The notes below the pieces were generated by a model. That model was not told the DNA's origin. It ran no database searches and saw nothing but the letters and a program-made list of their open reading frames with translations. The position numbers and the translations under genes are program-made. A DNA stretch of 64,000 nt from Felis catus (taxonomy: Eukaryota), in contig NC_058368.1 of assembly GCF_018350175.1 (NCBI RefSeq), positions 97,156,001-97,220,000 of the forward strand, given 5' to 3'. This document shows positions 62,575 through 64,000 of the stretch, piece after piece; positions within the stretch are counted from its first letter, which is position 1; the number at the start of each line of letters is the position of its first letter.

Positions 62575-64000
62575 TCTCCTTGGTTAATTTAAAATCTCAA
62601 CTTATGGAGATCTCTTTCATTGGGACAGTTTTCTGGAATTCCCAAGGATGAGATGCCCTGAGATCATAAGCAACAAAGATGCTTATATTTTGATCATTAC
62701 CACCTCAAGGGACTTGCTCAACAAACAAAACACCACAAACAACACAGTTGGGCTCTGTCGGTGGCTTAGAATCCCTCTTTTCAAATACCATTGTGACATT
62801 ACTCCAACATTGGCCAAATTACCAGCAAAGAGTCATCATGGTTTTGATATTATCTCTGGCAAACTATTAAAAAGAAAACATGAGAGAGGCCAAGGTACTA
62901 TAAAAAGAAGAAAGGACTCCTACCAAAGAATTTGATAAAAATGACTTTGCCCCAGGTTGCTAACTTTACCTTAGAAGAAAACACGGCTATGATTTTGATT
63001 TGATGCATTATGAATTCATTCCAATGGGAGCCTTTCTGAAAAGGAAAGCTGTGCAGCCAAAGTATAGATACAAAAGCAAAGGGGTAGTGGCTGTACAGTT
63101 GAGCACACAACAATGGCATTTTTAACATACTATATGGAGGGAATCTTTTAAAAGGAGATTTGGCTCCTGAATAAACTTTTCATGGTAAGCAATCAGGGAA
63201 GTTAAGCTCCCCTTATTAGCCTCTTTTTCTGTTCTTCTCAGTGGCCCGTATCGTTTAAACTAATAAGCAGCAGCAGTTGAAATACACAAAAAGCTCCTGA
63301 TAAACAACAGCTAAGGGAGGCCAGAAAACGGGCAAAATTCAGCTCTCGTGACATAAATCTCAATGCAAATCCAAAACCTGGCATATGTGGCTACGACAGT
63401 GCCCCCAAATGACACAGAAAGGCATTCGCCTGATCTCTTAAGTATATTTTTCACGTGTTAATGTTACAAGAATGTAAAAAAGAATTCCATTTCCTGCTTG
63501 ATATATTCTCTCCCAATGTCTTCCAGGTCCAAAGATTTGGAGACTCTCCAAACAACACATAATAACACAAGAGGAGGAAGGAAATGAAGGGGGTGTGGGT
63601 AGGTAAGAGCAATTTGCATTTCTCTTGTGTTCCATACTTGTTTAACAGCCTATCATCAATATCACTACTGATTTGGTTTCAGCTAAGTTTCAAGCAAGCG
63701 TGCTGTCAGTACTAGGAAAGGTGATTTCCAGGTTAAAATAAGTAGGGAGTAGGATGACGGTATCTCCATTTTTAGGCATCCCTTGGTTAATGGCATCTGC
63801 ATTTCATTCTTGGTTGCCCAGTGCAAACTGCCTCACTTCTTTATGTAACATAGTCCTCATCAGTCAAGTGGGACTCAAAGCCAGCACCACTCACCCCTGT
63901 AGAAATTCCTCTAGAACAGTGCCACTTCAAGTAGAGTCACAGAGCAGTAGCATAAACATCATCTTCATGCTTGTTAGAAATTGTGAATGACAAGTTCCAG

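Overview
Mammalian, AT-rich, repeat-dense genomic DNA, almost certainly from a felid, because it carries tRNA-derived Can-SINEs of the cat SINEC_Fc type and L1_Fc-type 3' UTRs. I recognise no host protein-coding exon, RNA gene, CpG island or CRISPR array; the window reads as intronic or intergenic. The ORFs I can assign come from L1 ORF2, the Tigger1 transposase, SINEs or microsatellites; the rest resemble no protein I recognise. Content: about 24 Can-SINEs, six carnivore-era L1 insertions, older L1M/L2/MIR relics, MaLR/ERV solo LTRs, DNA-transposon fossils (a near full-length Tigger1, MER44B, MER5A, MER20, MER91A, a Zaphod-like element) and simple repeats. The best signal is retrotransposition mechanics readable from target-site duplications (TSDs). 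A young L1 carries a ~250-bp 3' transduction with its own AATAAA and second poly(A) inside a perfect 17-bp TSD (60887-62591). Four L1s have 5' inversions (twin priming), one site was hit twice by SINEs leaving a triplicated TSD, and one L1 holds a locally templated 20-nt insertion. These are new instances of known mechanisms; I found no evidence for an undescribed biological system. Repeat family names come from recalled consensus sequences, not a database search, and boundaries of old repeats are approximate.
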